A stretch of DNA of 64,000 nucleotides from Adineta vaga. Its lineage: Eukaryota; Animalia; Rotifera. The stretch is taken from positions 9,238,001 to 9,302,000 of the forward strand of contig CP075497.1 of NCBI GenBank assembly GCA_021613535.1, read 5' to 3'. The notes below the pieces were generated by a model. That model was not told the DNA's origin, made no database searches, and was given only the letters and a program-made list of their open reading frames with translations. The translations under genes and the position numbers were made by a program. This document shows positions 25,999 to 40,221 of the stretch, piece by piece (within the stretch, counting starts at the first letter, position 1; each line of letters starts with the position of its first letter).

Positions 25999-28900
25999 CT
26001 AAAATGAAGTAAATGTCTCGTTTGATATTCGTTTTGTTTTCTCTTCTTTGAACATACAACGTAGGAGGCTTAGTTATTTATTGTGCGATTGATTAGCACC
26101 TTACCCACTTGCTTCAACTTAATGATGAAGTAGACCTTGTTTTTTCTTTACTTATTGAACATATATACATTCACTTAATCTCACTCCGACAACTGTGCAC
26201 TATTGATTAGGAAAAAAACCTTACCTTGATCTGTGCGCTAATCTCATGATGCTATCTGACACAATGCACGCGTAGAGATCATTAAAAGAAGAAGAAGAAG
26301 AAGAAACGATAGATCTTTTACACCATCATTTTCTAGACTGAACATTGAACTCGTTCGAACAATAGCAATTAGTGGACAACATATACACATTTGAACAGAA
26401 GCACACGCATACAATAAAGGAAAGAAAGAGAAAAAGAGGACAGAAGAATTTGTTCTCTGGAAAAATATGAAACAGAGAAAAAGTTCATTTATTCTAACAG
26501 AATGTTGATGATCTGATAAGCAGCGCGACGACACCTGTATATAAGTTTGTCAGGATAATAAATTAGCTTTACCAACGATGTACACACGACAGACGATGAG
26601 CACCGCTCGAAGATACGTGTCTTATTCGCAGCAGGGTGTCGAACTACTCACCATATGTCCGTCAAGGAATAAACGAGTGAACATATTCAGCTGATTCAAT
26701 ATGGATACAAAGTATAGAGAAAGGGAAAAGAAAGAAGACGAAGAAAAATGGAGAAGAAGTTTGACTTTTTTATTTCTTCCTTTTTTGATCTGCTTCGTTG
26801 AATTAGTATAGTAGCCGACGGCATTCAAGTTTATTTTTCTTCCATAATTGATGTTTTTCAATTATATTAGCCGACGTTAAGTTCATGTTGATGATCATTG
26901 CTAGTTCACTGGTCCATATTGAACTGATCGTCCGAGAAGAATCTCTGATGTTATGATAAGGCTATACGGAAGAATCTGGCTACCGAGAGGTGTGACTGAC
27001 ATTATTAGTCAATCATACTTCACTTTCATTCATCCGGTCTAAGATTGAATAGGAAATTGATGTCTCAATTCGATTTTGGATGATCATTTCACGTAATTTC
27101 AATGTCACTTACAGATAATGAACAGACATATAATTATCTCTTGACCATCGACATGAATGTGTTTGTCATTTTCATTGTTGAATAGTACCGCTATACGATG
27201 AAGAAAGAAGAGTTCAAAACGACGCTGTTGGAATGGAGAGCAAAAAGGCGTTATTGTGTCTGCAACTACCACCTACTGTCAATTAGGCACTGCGTGTATA
27301 AAGAGGTGCAGTCGGTCGGCAAAATATTGAAAAGTATAAAATGTATGTATGGCACTATAGACGTGATCCAACGAGTGTAATTTGTCTTGAGTAACTGAAC
27401 GAATGGGATTATGAGTCACTTACTGATATGTTGTGCGTGTAAGTCTATACTGATCGAGACAAAAGACATTGTAATAGTAGTAGTAGCAGCTTGCGTCTTT
27501 TTTTTTCTACTTGTACACTCTGTTCTAAGAACTACTATTAGTGTAATTGCAATAATGCTTGTCGAAAAAAAGAGAATATGCGCACAACAGAGACAGAGAA
27601 AGACAGAAAAAAAGAGTTAGACACAAATGAATTTTGTTCAATTGTACATTAGAAGCTCAAGAGAACAGAGAAAGAGACATTCATAATCGACTACTGATGA
27701 TAATGATGAATGAGTCTTGTAAATGTCTCATAGACGCACCTGCATTATTATTCTTCATCTTCTTTTTCGTTTTATCGGCATCGTCTGAAGATATGAATAT
27801 ACGTACTGTAGTTAGCAAAAATGATATCCTTGCGGCTTCAATCGACTTTGTCGACACGCACTAGTGTCAAAAACAAAAGCGAATATAAAAAAAATATGAA
27901 AGACAAAGAAGAAAGACATTGTTTGTTATATATATAGTTATAAATGAATGTTTATAAAAGAAGTTCAATCGTGTTTTGTTTTGTGATGTTGTTATCCACT
28001 AACCGACTCACTTGGGATATTGAACCCGAAGTAGAAGTATACACACGCCAAGCAGGTCCTTCACACATATACCAAGTGGAAGCAATCATTCTTCACTTTT
28101 ACTTCATGGTCATTCAATGATATGAGAAGAGAGGACAAAAATACTTTGCTTTCTTTCTCTTTTCTCTCTCTCTCCCTTTTCTCTCACTTTAAGACAAATT
28201 AAGTGAACAAGTCCAGATACATTTCTTTCTCTCTTCAATCGTACAACAATGCATAATCAGAAGGACACTTTTGAGATGCTCTCTTCTTGTTTCTACACGA
28301 TCCGTAAAGCTACTAATCGACTGGCAAAATCCATGAAACTAATTATACGGTAGAGATTGTATATAGTAGAGTCAATCGAAAGAAAGAATAAATGATTATT
28401 TTTGCTCTTCAATCAAGGTAATCATAAAAGTAGCAATCATAGTGCTTCGTTCATGACTAAATACTCGTTTTTTTCTCATTTACTGATGATGAGCGTTCAA
28501 TTGACAATGTCTGACTTATTCTGATAGACATACACACAAACACATGTTTCTCTGTTTTTGATAGTGTTCAAAGCAATTATCTTCCAATCGCGACAGTATA
28601 TATATGTGCTTACGTGTTATTCTCATTATTATAGTAAAGAACATTGATAGCAAATTCAAGCTATAATGAACCATTCCAAGCTGTTTCCATTGGATGTGTT
28701 GTATTGTAGGTCAGACAAAGAGAAGAGAATGTAGAGATTTACTTCTTTACATTGTTCTCATTGATGATTATTTTTTATTGAAATCAAAGATGATTGAATC
28801 GAATTGAAGGTTATAATGATCATAATAATAATTATTCATTCTCTCTTCACACACTTGTCAAACGTTGAATTTAACACCTTACACTAAAGCAATGCATAGC

Positions 28901-29371
28901 AAGAAGAAACAGAATTTATCACCTTTCAATCGATCAATTTGTTTTGTCTTTTTTTTTCGTTGAGCACCTGAAATAATAGAAGCAATTATTTTCTTGAGAT
29001 TGTTGATTCATTTTCATGTCGTTTTTCTTCGATGGAATCGTTTCAATGTTGAGAAAAGAAAACAACAGGAAGAAGAAAGTTGATCTGAAAGGGAAGTAAA
29101 TGATATGCTTGATTAAATTTATTCATATAGCTAGTTTTTCTTTGATTGTAGGTGTGTATAGAGAAAATATTTTTGATCATTTTCTTTCTTCCCATTGGTA
29201 AAAGAAATGTTTTCTACCGTGAAATTATATTGTTTTATCATGATGTGTTAGTAATCCTTCTGTCAATAAAAAGAAACAGAGAAACACTTGAAGGCTTTCA
29301 ATAGGTTATTCTTTTCCTTGTGATCCGAAATCGATTGACAAATATGCTGTCAAACAATATATTCAATCAAA

Positions 29372-30107
29372 TTTTTTAAAGATCTTTATTTCAATAACAA
29401 CGGCTTCTACATCACTAAATGTACCAAAATATTTAGACATTTTTTTTACAGATGACCATCTATAGTTGAAAATAGCCTCGGTGATATGATAAAAGATAGT
29501 GATTAGTTTGAACAATTTGATTTACTTGTATTTAGTAATGGAATCTGGAGAAATACACATGGTAATCATATGAAAACAAAAACTATTATTGACAGATTGA
29601 TTGTTGATGGTAAACAAGTATTTGGATATGTTGACCTAGGTGTTACAATACAAAACTTAACTGATACAAAATCAGGTGAAGCTGTAGATAGATGGTTAGC
29701 AATAGGTACTACTATAAGAAGCGATATTTCAATTTCAATTGAAGATTTAGTTGTTTTTTTTTGTTTGTATTGTATGAAAGGGTACATTTTGCGATGATGC
29801 TGGCTTTGATTATGGTGTAACACGAAACCGGCAAGCACATATGATTGAATATTGTCATTCAAAAGGTATGAATGTATGGATTGCTGATGATATTTTCCCT
29901 GGCACTAATGTACAAATCAATTCAAACGATATTTATTCACTTGAGTCATATTTAATTTCTGATGCAGCATATAATTCATTAAATAATTGTAAAAGTAAAG
30001 CTCGAAAACAGTTTGATTATTTTCAAGCAACAGGGATAACACATATGGTTCAACCAGTTACAATGAATCCAAGTTCGAATTATAGAACATTTATTCGTAA
30101 TCAGTAA
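29372..30107 (+). pseudogene. Pseudogene of a prokaryote-like TIM-barrel protein (spherulin-4/GH135- or GH114-like) with one degenerate intron
   Basis: Reads LNVPKYLDIFF/(frameshift)YR*PSIVENSLGDMIKDSD*FEQFDLLVFSNGIWRNTHGNHMKTKTII...VFGYVDLGVTIQNL...VDRWLAIGTT [intron 29714-29780] GTFCDDAGFDYGVTRNRQAHMIEYCHSKGMNVW...YSLESY. FGYV...W...G.F.DD.G.DYG is a barrel-type motif series. Two stops and one frameshift are present. Confidence 0.6.
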
Positions 30108-30614
30108 TTAGAAAGAATTGAATACATATTTTGTTTCTTTTTGATTTTGACTAAGAATATATTTAGTAGAATATTTCTTTTCTACTCAACTAGACTTATA
30201 GACAAGAGTTAATTGAAACAATTATCGTTTGTTATCTAAGGATGGAAACATATCATCATATTTGATTTTATCTATCATCTGATAAACGAACTATCAAAGA
30301 TTTAAGTGAGAAGATATTTCACACTGATATTTATATAAATACATGTGAAAATTACTTTGCATAGTTCAATTACGTACAAACATTTCATATGTAACTTTGA
30401 TAAGAAAAAACTGATTTGATTACACTTTTCATCTGGTTTCATTCTATTGCAGCCTGTCTTTATTAGCACAAAATTGAGAAATGTACAAAAAAATAAGTTA
30501 AACTTCTGTCGTTGATAATAAACTATGTGTACGTCTCTCATTTTTTACGACATTTGATTTTCCAACATTTCTCGTTCTATAATAAATAATATTTTTCAAT
30601 ACAATATAATTCAA

Positions 30615-31671
30615 TCACTTACGTTGATTAGTTGGTTGAATACGAAAACGTCTTGTTTGATTATTATTATTAGCATGAAGTTGATATGTAGCTGATCCTG
30701 GTTGTTGGTGAAAATCTTCTAAAATTACCGAATCTATCGGCGATGTAGCTCGATTTGTATTTATATTCGATTGATTTATTGGTGCTGGATTAATTCGAGG
30801 TGACGCTTTTCGTTTACCTATTTTCAAGTCGTATATATTATCTAATGAACTATCTACAAATATCTCTTCTACATACCACACCACATAAAGATGTAATCGA
30901 ATAAAAGAGTTGAAATAATCATACCAACAGCAGCAATAATTGCTGACCAATAACCTGAATACAAAGCAAGAAATAAGAATCAATGAAATAAAATAAATAA
31001 TTCTATAATTTACTATAATCTTGAAATGAAGTAATAAATTTAAGATTAAAAAGACAATGTAATGTAATTAAAGCTTGTGCAATAAAACAAGAAATTTCGA
31101 ATAGAAATAAAATAATAATTAATAGAAATAAACATCGTTGATAACGATATTCAATATGAAATATATGAATAATAATAATAAATATTGAAATCCATAAAAT
31201 AATCAAAGTTGATAATTGTACAGTAATGATCAAAATAGAAAATAAACGTAGATTTAAATCTAAAGAAAAACTTATCCATTCAAAGAAATATAAATTTTCA
31301 TACATTCAACTTACTACGAAATATAAAAAGAATGATCGATGATACAATAAAAACAACCGATGAAATCCATGTTAAAAATGGCCACCAAAATCCACTTTGA
31401 TCTATAATTAACATAAAGGAACATCATTTATTCGAAATGAAATATATTTACTTCGATGATGATTTAAAATATAACATATTCCACTTGATAAAACAAAAAA
31501 ATGAACAAGATTCACCAAATAAGTTAACCATAATAAAGATTGAGTGCATTTACCATATGGTGCATATGGATTGACTAGATCAGAATCGGTAATATATCCA
31601 ATGGAAACAAAATAATCAAACCAATATAATTTATAATTTTCATTTGTTGAATCTGTACAATTACTACTCAT
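30615..31671 (-). CDS. Uncharacterised multi-pass membrane protein (~5 TM); 5 exons
   Basis: Spliced hydrophobic exons (LLWLTYLVNLVHFFVLSSGICYIL; FWWPFLTWISSVVFIVSSIILFIF; two helices in ORF 31003-31305; YWSAIIAAVGMIISTLLFDYIFMW) followed by a polar C-terminal tail. Confidence 0.7.
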
Positions 31672-32808
31672 TGCTATGAAAAGGTATTTTTTTTTGGGAG
31701 GAACGCAAATGAGAACAAAAAAATATAACAACTCTTTGTTCTTGGAAATGTTTTAATAATGAAAATAAGAATACAAGGAAGTATTTAAGATTAGGCTTTT
31801 TTTCTCTTTCTTTCGATTATAATGAGTTCATTAAACTCTACTACTCAAATCTTTACGTTGAAAGGATTTCTAGGGACACGATATAACGTTAGTAACGAAT
31901 AATGAACTCCACTGCGTGTATGTTTTGTTTTATATAATAGTCATTTTTATAAAATATATCAATTGTTATTCAACCAAACAATAGAGAAATGATTGTCTTT
32001 AATAAAAATAAATTCGGATGAATTTGAGAATATATTTCATTTATCTTCACTAGAGAACTAGTTGAAATACCGATATATTAATCAACTAATATCATCGAAA
32101 TTTATCTGTATAATTATAATTTATTAGATTAATCAAAGTTTTTGGATACTTGAAATATATTTCTTTCTCTACATTTCAAAGAATATATGAAGACTTAGCA
32201 CTCATATTGCACTGAAACAAACAGAAAGAAAGAAAAGAAAGTTCTAGTCTTTTATAGTAATAGTCATTCAAATGATGATGATATTTTCTACATTCTGTCG
32301 TTTTGTCAACTAGCATCATCTATAAATTGAAAGAAATAATTGCCATTCAACATATTTGTCCTTGAGATACCATCTAAATTCTACTTCATCGATTTGTACG
32401 TTTGAATTTTTGATTTTATTATAAACGTAAGTGATGACATTTTTCTATGAGAATAAAGACTATACTTGAGGAAAAAAAGAACGATAAGAAAAAGTGATTG
32501 TGTGTAATAGAAATAAATTTTGTCCCTTAATTGTTTGTATTACAAGATACAAAGAGAGTAAAATTTTCGGCAGTTTTCATTTTTATGGTCTCTGAAAGCA
32601 ACATTTTCGACTGTTTTTCTTTTTCCTGGTACGTTAGATGTTCTGCAATGAAATAACTAAATCATTATGATAAATCAGAAAGAGAGGAAAAAAGACTCTT
32701 TACATCGTCATGCTTCAATTTGATGTGATGTCATCGGTGTTGGTAAATACTTGGTTATTCATTTTTGTTTTTTGTCTCTCATTCCCTTTATGATGGATCT
32801 GCATACCG

Positions 32809-32835
32809 AATATATATATATATATATATATATAT
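32809..32835. repeat. (TA)n microsatellite
   Basis: Pure AT dinucleotide run. Other short (TA)n, (CT)n and (AAAC)n tracts occur near 10520, 10925, 13452, 33377, 35484 and 45566. Confidence 0.9.
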
Positions 32836-35824
32836 CGTTGTATCGTTAATCGAATTATATATGTATATGAGACTTTTATGTTCTTTGTCTACCTCGATCG
32901 TATAAGTTAGAACGATCTGTTGGATAATATGGCGTATGTACGCTTGCGAGATGTTATCATTTCTAGGCGATGTGCAGACTGATGCGATCGGCATCATCCA
33001 CTAGCAGAAAAACGGGGTGATGTTAGTAGTTCGTGTTACACTCACTGATGCTCGTTTTCTTCTTCTTTTCTTCTCCAATTTCTTTTATTCGCTCTAGCCT
33101 ATCTCTCTCATCTGGTTTGTCTTTCAGGTAGAGGGAGTAGAAGAAGAAAACGTCCGTTATGTAGAAAAGAAGAAAAAGAGAACAAATCGTCTCCTAGTCT
33201 CCCATATACACCATCAGCAACAACGCCTACCCAAAAAAAAACTAAAGAAACATTTGACAAATGCAGCAGCAAAAAAAAGATCCCTATTTGTTGCCAACTT
33301 CATCTTTTTTTTTCATCGGTTACTACTTCTTCTCTTCCTATGTGTCGTTGAAGAGAGAACATCACGATTATACAACATATATATATATATATATCGGTTG
33401 GTTAGTATTGATTGAATTCATACTGATGGTTATGCTTGTAGTGTCGTTTACATACATTCCTCACGGATGCCCGTCAAAAGAATGTTAGTAGAAGAATGAA
33501 TAAATAAAAGAAGAAAGAAAAGAAACGAAATCAAAACTTATGAAATAAAGAATCTCAATGTTTAGAAGCACATGCTTTATGTATATCTTAATCTTTTTTC
33601 GCTTTTCATTTATGATAGATGTATTTAGTAAATTTGTATTCTTAAACAAAATGCAAGAAAAGAACGAAAAAAAAAGTTGCAATGACAAATGATTGACAAT
33701 TTTTTTTCTCTTTTTCTTCTTTGACAATTGTATTAATATATTAGTTCTCTAATGTATGAGAAAAAAATCATTGCAGGTATTTTTCTTGACTAGTGATATG
33801 ATCAGATGTATCATTCAAAAGTTTTATGATTCGATAAAAAAATGAAGAAAGAATATTTGACATGCCCACCTACGTAAAGAGTAATGATGAAAAGATAGTT
33901 CCTGTGTATAAAAGTATTGTCATAAGTTATTACATCATTACGTCATCCGCCTGTCTTTCACGTTCTTGTATTTTTCAATTCTGTTTTTTCTTTTTGCCGA
34001 CCAATATGACAAACGTCATTTTAACTAACTGAGAGTAGACCAACACAAGACTAATCGACTGATAACGCTAGTAAAGCAAGTTTTGTTTTGAAACTTTGTT
34101 TTCTTTCGTGTATTTTCCTAAAATTTTGTTCCTCTAGTTTCTCGCTTACCCTTATTTTCTGTACAAATTATACACTTTGAAAAAAATTCATTAGAAATGA
34201 CAAAAATAAGGGCCTTGACCCAAAGCAAGATTCAATAACATATGCAATCAGACGCATAGTGTTTGGCAGATAGGCACTTTGTTTTTTATATGTCAGAAAG
34301 ACACAGATATTGACGTATTCTGGATTTTTTTCTCTTTCCACCTTCTAATAACTGGTTTTGTTTGTCTGTCTCGTCGTCTTCTACTCACTGTTGCTCCCCT
34401 TTCTCTTTCTGTCTTCTTTCATCATGTTATTATTGTTGTTATTGTCGTCAGCGTTGCTACTACTACTATTCATTCGGTTATTTTTTTTTCTCATCGTCTT
34501 AATACTTTAGTTCTAATAATAATAAGAAATGCAAGTACTATTTCTCTACATTCTTTTCTCTATGTCTTTTCTTCTTTCTCTTAGGTCGAATTCAAAACAC
34601 GAGAATAAGTCTTTTAGTTTTAAATAATTAAATCTTCATTTTTCAATAGATTTTTTAAACGGTTAAGAATCTTTTTTTCTGAACTGTAAATAGAGAATCA
34701 TTTGAATTGAATCAAGATAAATATTCCAATGGTAATAGACCTTGAAAACTCTCAAGTAAAAGAAAAAAACTACTTGATATTCGATGTTTGCTCAACGAGC
34801 AACACACATGATAAATCATTGGAGAAAGAAGAAAATTGAAAGTTTTCGAAATAGAAGAGAACTATTACAAGACATTAGGTCTTGTCATATTTTCATTGTC
34901 ATCATTTGATCATTCATCGGTAGAATAGAGAGTTCGCCGCGATTTTCATTAGGTATCTACATTAGATATATGTATATGTACGTTCATATACTCGAATATT
35001 AAGATATCGAGACTTCTTGTGCAAGAGATAAAGGGTCAATCATCGAACTATAGGTCAATATTTTTTTCTCCCACTCAATCATATGTCATATTGAAACTGT
35101 GGCTATGACCTCTCTTTCCCATCTATTCTCACTCCATATAATACCTCAACAAACAACAATAACAGCAACACTGATGAGGACGACCTCATCCTCGTTTTTC
35201 TTTCGTTCTGTTTCTTTCACTGGTCGATGCCCTATCTTTCACCTAACCACTCATATAAGAGTTCAACGAAATACAGATTAAACAAATCAGCGTGTCCGCT
35301 GGAAAGAAAGAGAACGATTGAAATATTTAAAACATAGCTGAAAAAATATCGAATTGATATTTTACATCGATTGATTAATATAACAACGTGAAAAAGCAAG
35401 GTAGTTACTGCAAAATAAGAAAACGGTTGTTATCGATGAAAAAATCAGTTAGATGACTTTCTGCCCGTTTCACTGCTTTATTTCTCTCTCTCTCTCTCTT
35501 CGTTTCACTTTTGAATAGCAAGTAAATGCAAACGGAGGACAAGTATACATCGCCCACAATAACGACCACCATTATTCGATGTGCAACAAGCACAGGAGAA
35601 GAAGAAGAACAAGAAGAGGAATTTTTTCTTTCCTTTCTTCTCGTCATTCGTTGATATAGGCAGACGAAGCAACGCGAAGCTTTTGATAGTTTTGATCGGT
35701 TACATTTCTCTTTCTCTTTTCTTTTGCTCTTGCCTATCGAGAAAAGAAAGAGACCAGTGACAGTGACATGTCGACGCCAAGAGAAAGAGAGAACTACCTA
35801 TCTACAATTCGCGAATCGTCGACG

Positions 35825-35855
<31 letters not shown>

Positions 35856-36190
35856 AGAAGGAAAGGAGGAAACATCTAACATTACCATCAACACAAAAGA
35901 GAAAGACAGATAGAGGTTTGGCTGGTGCAAGTGATTCTTTCTCATTTTTTTCTTCCGTTCGTTTGCTTCTTTGCTGCCTCTGCTTGCTGTACGACGTTTT
36001 GACGTATGTCTTTTTTCTTCTGCTCTCTCTCTCTCTCGCTCTTCGTTACACACAGACACGATTATTACCATTTTAAATGATTTAGTTGATTATTTTTTTT
36101 TCTTCGAAGAATAGAACTGACTACATTGATCGATCCTAAACAGCTAATTTAGTTTCTTCTAGATTTATTTTATTTCATCCAATTATCTCA

Positions 36191-38113
36191 ATGGATGAAT
36201 GGCGAATGCAACAGCAACAACATAGAATGATATCAGGTGGTGTAGGCCCTGTTCACAATTATCATTCAATACGTTCAAGACCATCTCCATATTCTACAAC
36301 ACATCAAATGAGTGAATTAAAACAATCATATCAATATTCATCAAATCCATCCTCAACATCTTCAAATCCTCTTTCACCTACACCTTCAGCAACAACACCA
36401 AATCCTATGGCAAGCACAACACCAATATTAGCTAAAAATGATGGGAATGATACGACATCTTCATCATCCGATGACGTTTCTACAACGACTTCGAACTCCG
36501 TAAGTTTCCGAATCAGCTGTTTTCGTAAATAATATCCTCAATTCATTTTTTCTCTTAAAGGATGTTTATACACCTGTTCCAATGGATCAAATCCAACAAC
36601 AACGATTAATGGCTTCTAAATCATCAATTGGTCCGATGATGAGCTATAACGCTGGTCAACAACAAATGATGGCAGCACGATCACGTTCTATACCATATCC
36701 ATTGCCACCATCTTCTTCAGCTCATCACCATCCACATCCTCATCCACACCCTCATCATCCATCTATGTATTCACATCCAGCAGCTCCAGTTTGTCAATGT
36801 GGTCCTCATATGCATCCACCTAATAGTCACTATCCAATGCATCCATCACAGCATCCCATGTACTATCAACAGCAACAGCAACAGCAACAACAGCAACAAC
36901 AACATGAAGCATGGTATAGATATCAACAGCAAGCTGTTTGGAGACAACATCATATGCAGCAACAGCAACATTTACAAGCTCACTCTCAACCAATACCTAT
37001 TCAACAAAGTTACGATGCAATTTTAGCCGATACAACATCTACAAAACTAAAAGCAACAAAAGCCAAAACCAAAAAGAAACCAAGCAATAATCCATCATTA
37101 AATGATGAACCATTAATGAAGTACCAACCAATGCCACCGACATCAATAAATTTATCATTGCAACAACAACAGCAACAACAAAGAATAGGTATTCCACCAC
37201 AATCCGCAGCATATTATCCATCAATATATTCAACATCCAATTCTTATGTACCAGTTCAACAATTACCACCAACACTACCATCATCATCTTCTTCATCTAT
37301 TCCACAAGAACATCCATTATATGCTCAAACATCTCCATCAACACTTTCGCATCATCAATCTCAAATATTCACAAGTCCATTGAGTAATCCTAGTACACCG
37401 CATCAACTACATAATAATGGGGAATTTAATGGTACTAATGAATTTGGTGTGCCATATCATGGCGCTCCAGGTTCAGTTAATTCACTAACAGATGCACTTT
37501 GTCCTGGTGGTGATTCAACAGATCGACAAATGACACCTGGTCCACCGGTAAATAAACATAAATTTGATATGAAACGTTTTTATTATTGAACTATTGATTT
37601 CTAGAGTGTTGGTACGCCTCGTGTTGCTCCACATCAATACTCATTTCCACATACACCATTGACACCTCAAACAATCAATAATCAATATACAAATCCTCAT
37701 ACCCCTGTTATGATGCCACCAACGCCAAATCCTCTTTCAGCTCCGCCTACACCTCTAACACGTCCACGTTCATTAAGTGAACAAACACAATCAGTAATGA
37801 ATCAATTTCAACAATATGAACAAAACAAATCAGTGACAAATGTGGATGATCTAGCTGCCTATCTCAAAGATCCAACCAATGTTTATTTAACTGATGATGT
37901 ATCATCGGTAAGTTCTTTTGAAAAAGGAAACCTTGTTAATCAAAATTATTTCTTTGAATTCTCTATTATTAGACACTGTTCGATGATATTGATGCATTAG
38001 CTGATACCTATCTTGGACAACAATCGAATGCTGGACAACAATCAAATGTTGATCAAAATTCAGTTGATGATATTCTTCTAAATTTCCTTTGTTCAGATGA
38101 TCTTACCAGCTGA
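36191..38113 (+). CDS. Low-complexity Gln/Pro/His/Ser-rich protein with an acidic-hydrophobic C-terminus (transcriptional co-activator-like); 4 exons
   Basis: ORFs 36191-36532, 36582-37589 and 37659-38000 join through GT-AG introns. PolyQ, HP repeats and TP-rich segments are present. The last exon reads TLFDDIDALADTYL...DDILLNFLCSDDLTS*. Confidence 0.8.
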
Positions 38114-38682
38114 ATTTTTATAAACATAAACACATAAAACTACAACAATACTTTGTACGTCTCTTTGTTTTTAAATTAGTTCTGAAAAAAAATGAAAATT
38201 TCTGTTTTCGGTCTATGTATATGTGCGATTATTTACTTGCTTTCAAAATTTGTTTCGTTTCATAAACAAAAGAATTTTTTCTTGTCTGTACGCTTATGCG
38301 TTTTTCATTGTACAAAATCAATTCGAAGAAGAGTTCTCTCTGTATAGTTCTCTCTCTCTTGAATAACTCGTTTTCTCTCTGTTCTTCTGGTCTTTCTCTT
38401 TCTGACTCTCTTTCTCTCTCTTGATTATTTATTGTGTATGTGCTAGAATTTTCTCTCAAATCATTCTAATTCTAATTATATTATCTATATTATGTTTTCT
38501 TTTGTTTTGTTCTTTTTTTTTGTGAGTATGATGAATTCTTTCTTTATTTCTTCGTTTTTTCTCTTCAAGTTTTTTTCTGTTTAAGAAGAGAGAGATAGGG
38601 AGAGACATCGAGCAGAGCTATTTTCATATTTAATAAAAAATACTGATGGAACATATATAAATGATTCGTTTCTTTGGGATTT

Positions 38683-39152
38683 CTATTGATGATCAGATGG
38701 ACAATAGAACAAGAAAAATATGATGCATGAACAATATCTAAAAGTTATTTCGTAGCTAATATCTTTCATTTTCTTTTTACTTACATTTGTCCATTATTTT
38801 TAATAATTGAAAAGCATTTATCTGTTCGTTGATCAAATTGATATGAAGCGAATACTTTCGATTTATTTTTATCTGATAATTTACCGACGAATGTTTGAAT
38901 AGTTATTTTATAAGACTGATATTTTTCAGCAAGTTCTTGACGAAGATTTTTCGAGATATTCTGTGATACTTGTATTCCTAAATGATGATTATAAACTTTT
39001 TCATTCAGTTCATCAAGAATACATTTCGATGCAAGATTTTCAATGTCATTTTCATTGATTCGATGTTGTTTTTGATAGATTAAAAATTTGTCAAAATCTT
39101 TTTCATTTAATTTCCATAGCTGAGAATCCAACCAGCTCTCAATCATTAACAT
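38683..39152 (-). CDS. Tctex-1 domain (dynein light chain-like) protein, divergent; 2 exons
   Basis: ILDELNEKVYN...NISKNLRQEL...SYKITIQTFVG...FDQRTDKCFSII, then spliced IYCSCIIFFLFY. This follows the Tctex-1 family pattern (YK.IVQ.F.G...WD..TD...F...VF..Y). Confidence 0.7.
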
Positions 39153-39515
39153 CTTACACACGATAAATACGAAATAAAATTTTCAAGCGGGAAATTGTTA
39201 AAGTTTCAATTATTCGTAATCAATTATAGTTAGTAAAACAAAAAAAGTTGTTTTTATTTTTGTTATATGAAAAAAGAAACGAAAAGAATGATATTGACTT
39301 AACATCACGGTATTTATCTTCTATTTCTAAATAAAAGTCTCATCAAGTAATGTTGATAAGTTTAGGCGAGCATTTTTCTTCTACATTTTTTTTTCTCAAG
39401 GCTATGATAATCAATTCTTATCTAACAGATCTCTTATATATAAAGACATGATTATTTCATGAGCAATGAATAGAAATTCATTTTCAACTTATTGTCATTT
39501 ACATTTCAAAACATA

Positions 39516-40221
39516 ATGTTTGCTGTTCTTGTTCTCTGTTTGGTTGCCTTTGCCGCAGCACAACAACCACGTCCATGCACAACGCCACCTCAATGGGAAG
39601 CAAATATTTTTGATTATAACCAACAACAAAAATTCATGGTCCGTGGACGATTAAGTTATGATGCTGTTTATCGTCGTGAACGTATCATTGAAGAAGTTAA
39701 TGTTGGTTCACAGGGTGATGCTTTTGAAGTGATTGCATTATTCGATTCTCAAACTGAATATATCTATGATTTCAAAGCTCGTAATTGCTCACGTCGTCGA
39801 ATTGAACGACCATGGCGTGATTTTGGTATTGCACCAGATGCTCGCTCATTTGGTGAAGCTTACATTGGTTCATCAGCTGCACCAGGTTTAGGCTTATTAG
39901 TTACTCTCTGGTAATATTTTTTTTTCTTCTATATTAGTTATATTTACTTTTTTATTTTAATTGAATAGGGGTGGAAATCATACAACACCATCCAATGATA
40001 CTGTTCGTACCTTTGGAACTTGGACATATCAAGCTTGTCTTCCAGTTCGATTCATTAGTCATAGCACACGATTTGGTCGTACAGAAACATCATTCTTTGA
40101 TATAACTGCTGGTATTAGTGATCCAAATGTATTTATTCCACGAAAAGAATGTCTTACAGAGAAAGAATATGCTATCCGACATGTTCTTTTTGGTAAACCA
40201 TCAAAGAAGATTGAGCAATAA
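39516..40221 (+). CDS. Ependymin-related protein (EPDR/MERP-like), copy 1; exons 39516-39910 and 39969-40221
   Basis: Signal peptide, then QPRPCTTPPQWE, LSYDAVYRRERIIEE, C...PWRDFGI, GEAYIGSS, CLPV, FFDITAGISDPNVFIPRKEC. Confidence 0.93.

Noticed and set aside
26244-27864. Several short ORFs upstream of the cadherin
   Set aside because: No motifs or consistent exon structure; likely UTR or regulatory DNA.
32788-36076. Short ORFs upstream of the Q-rich gene
   Set aside because: Driven by microsatellites and purine or pyrimidine tracts.
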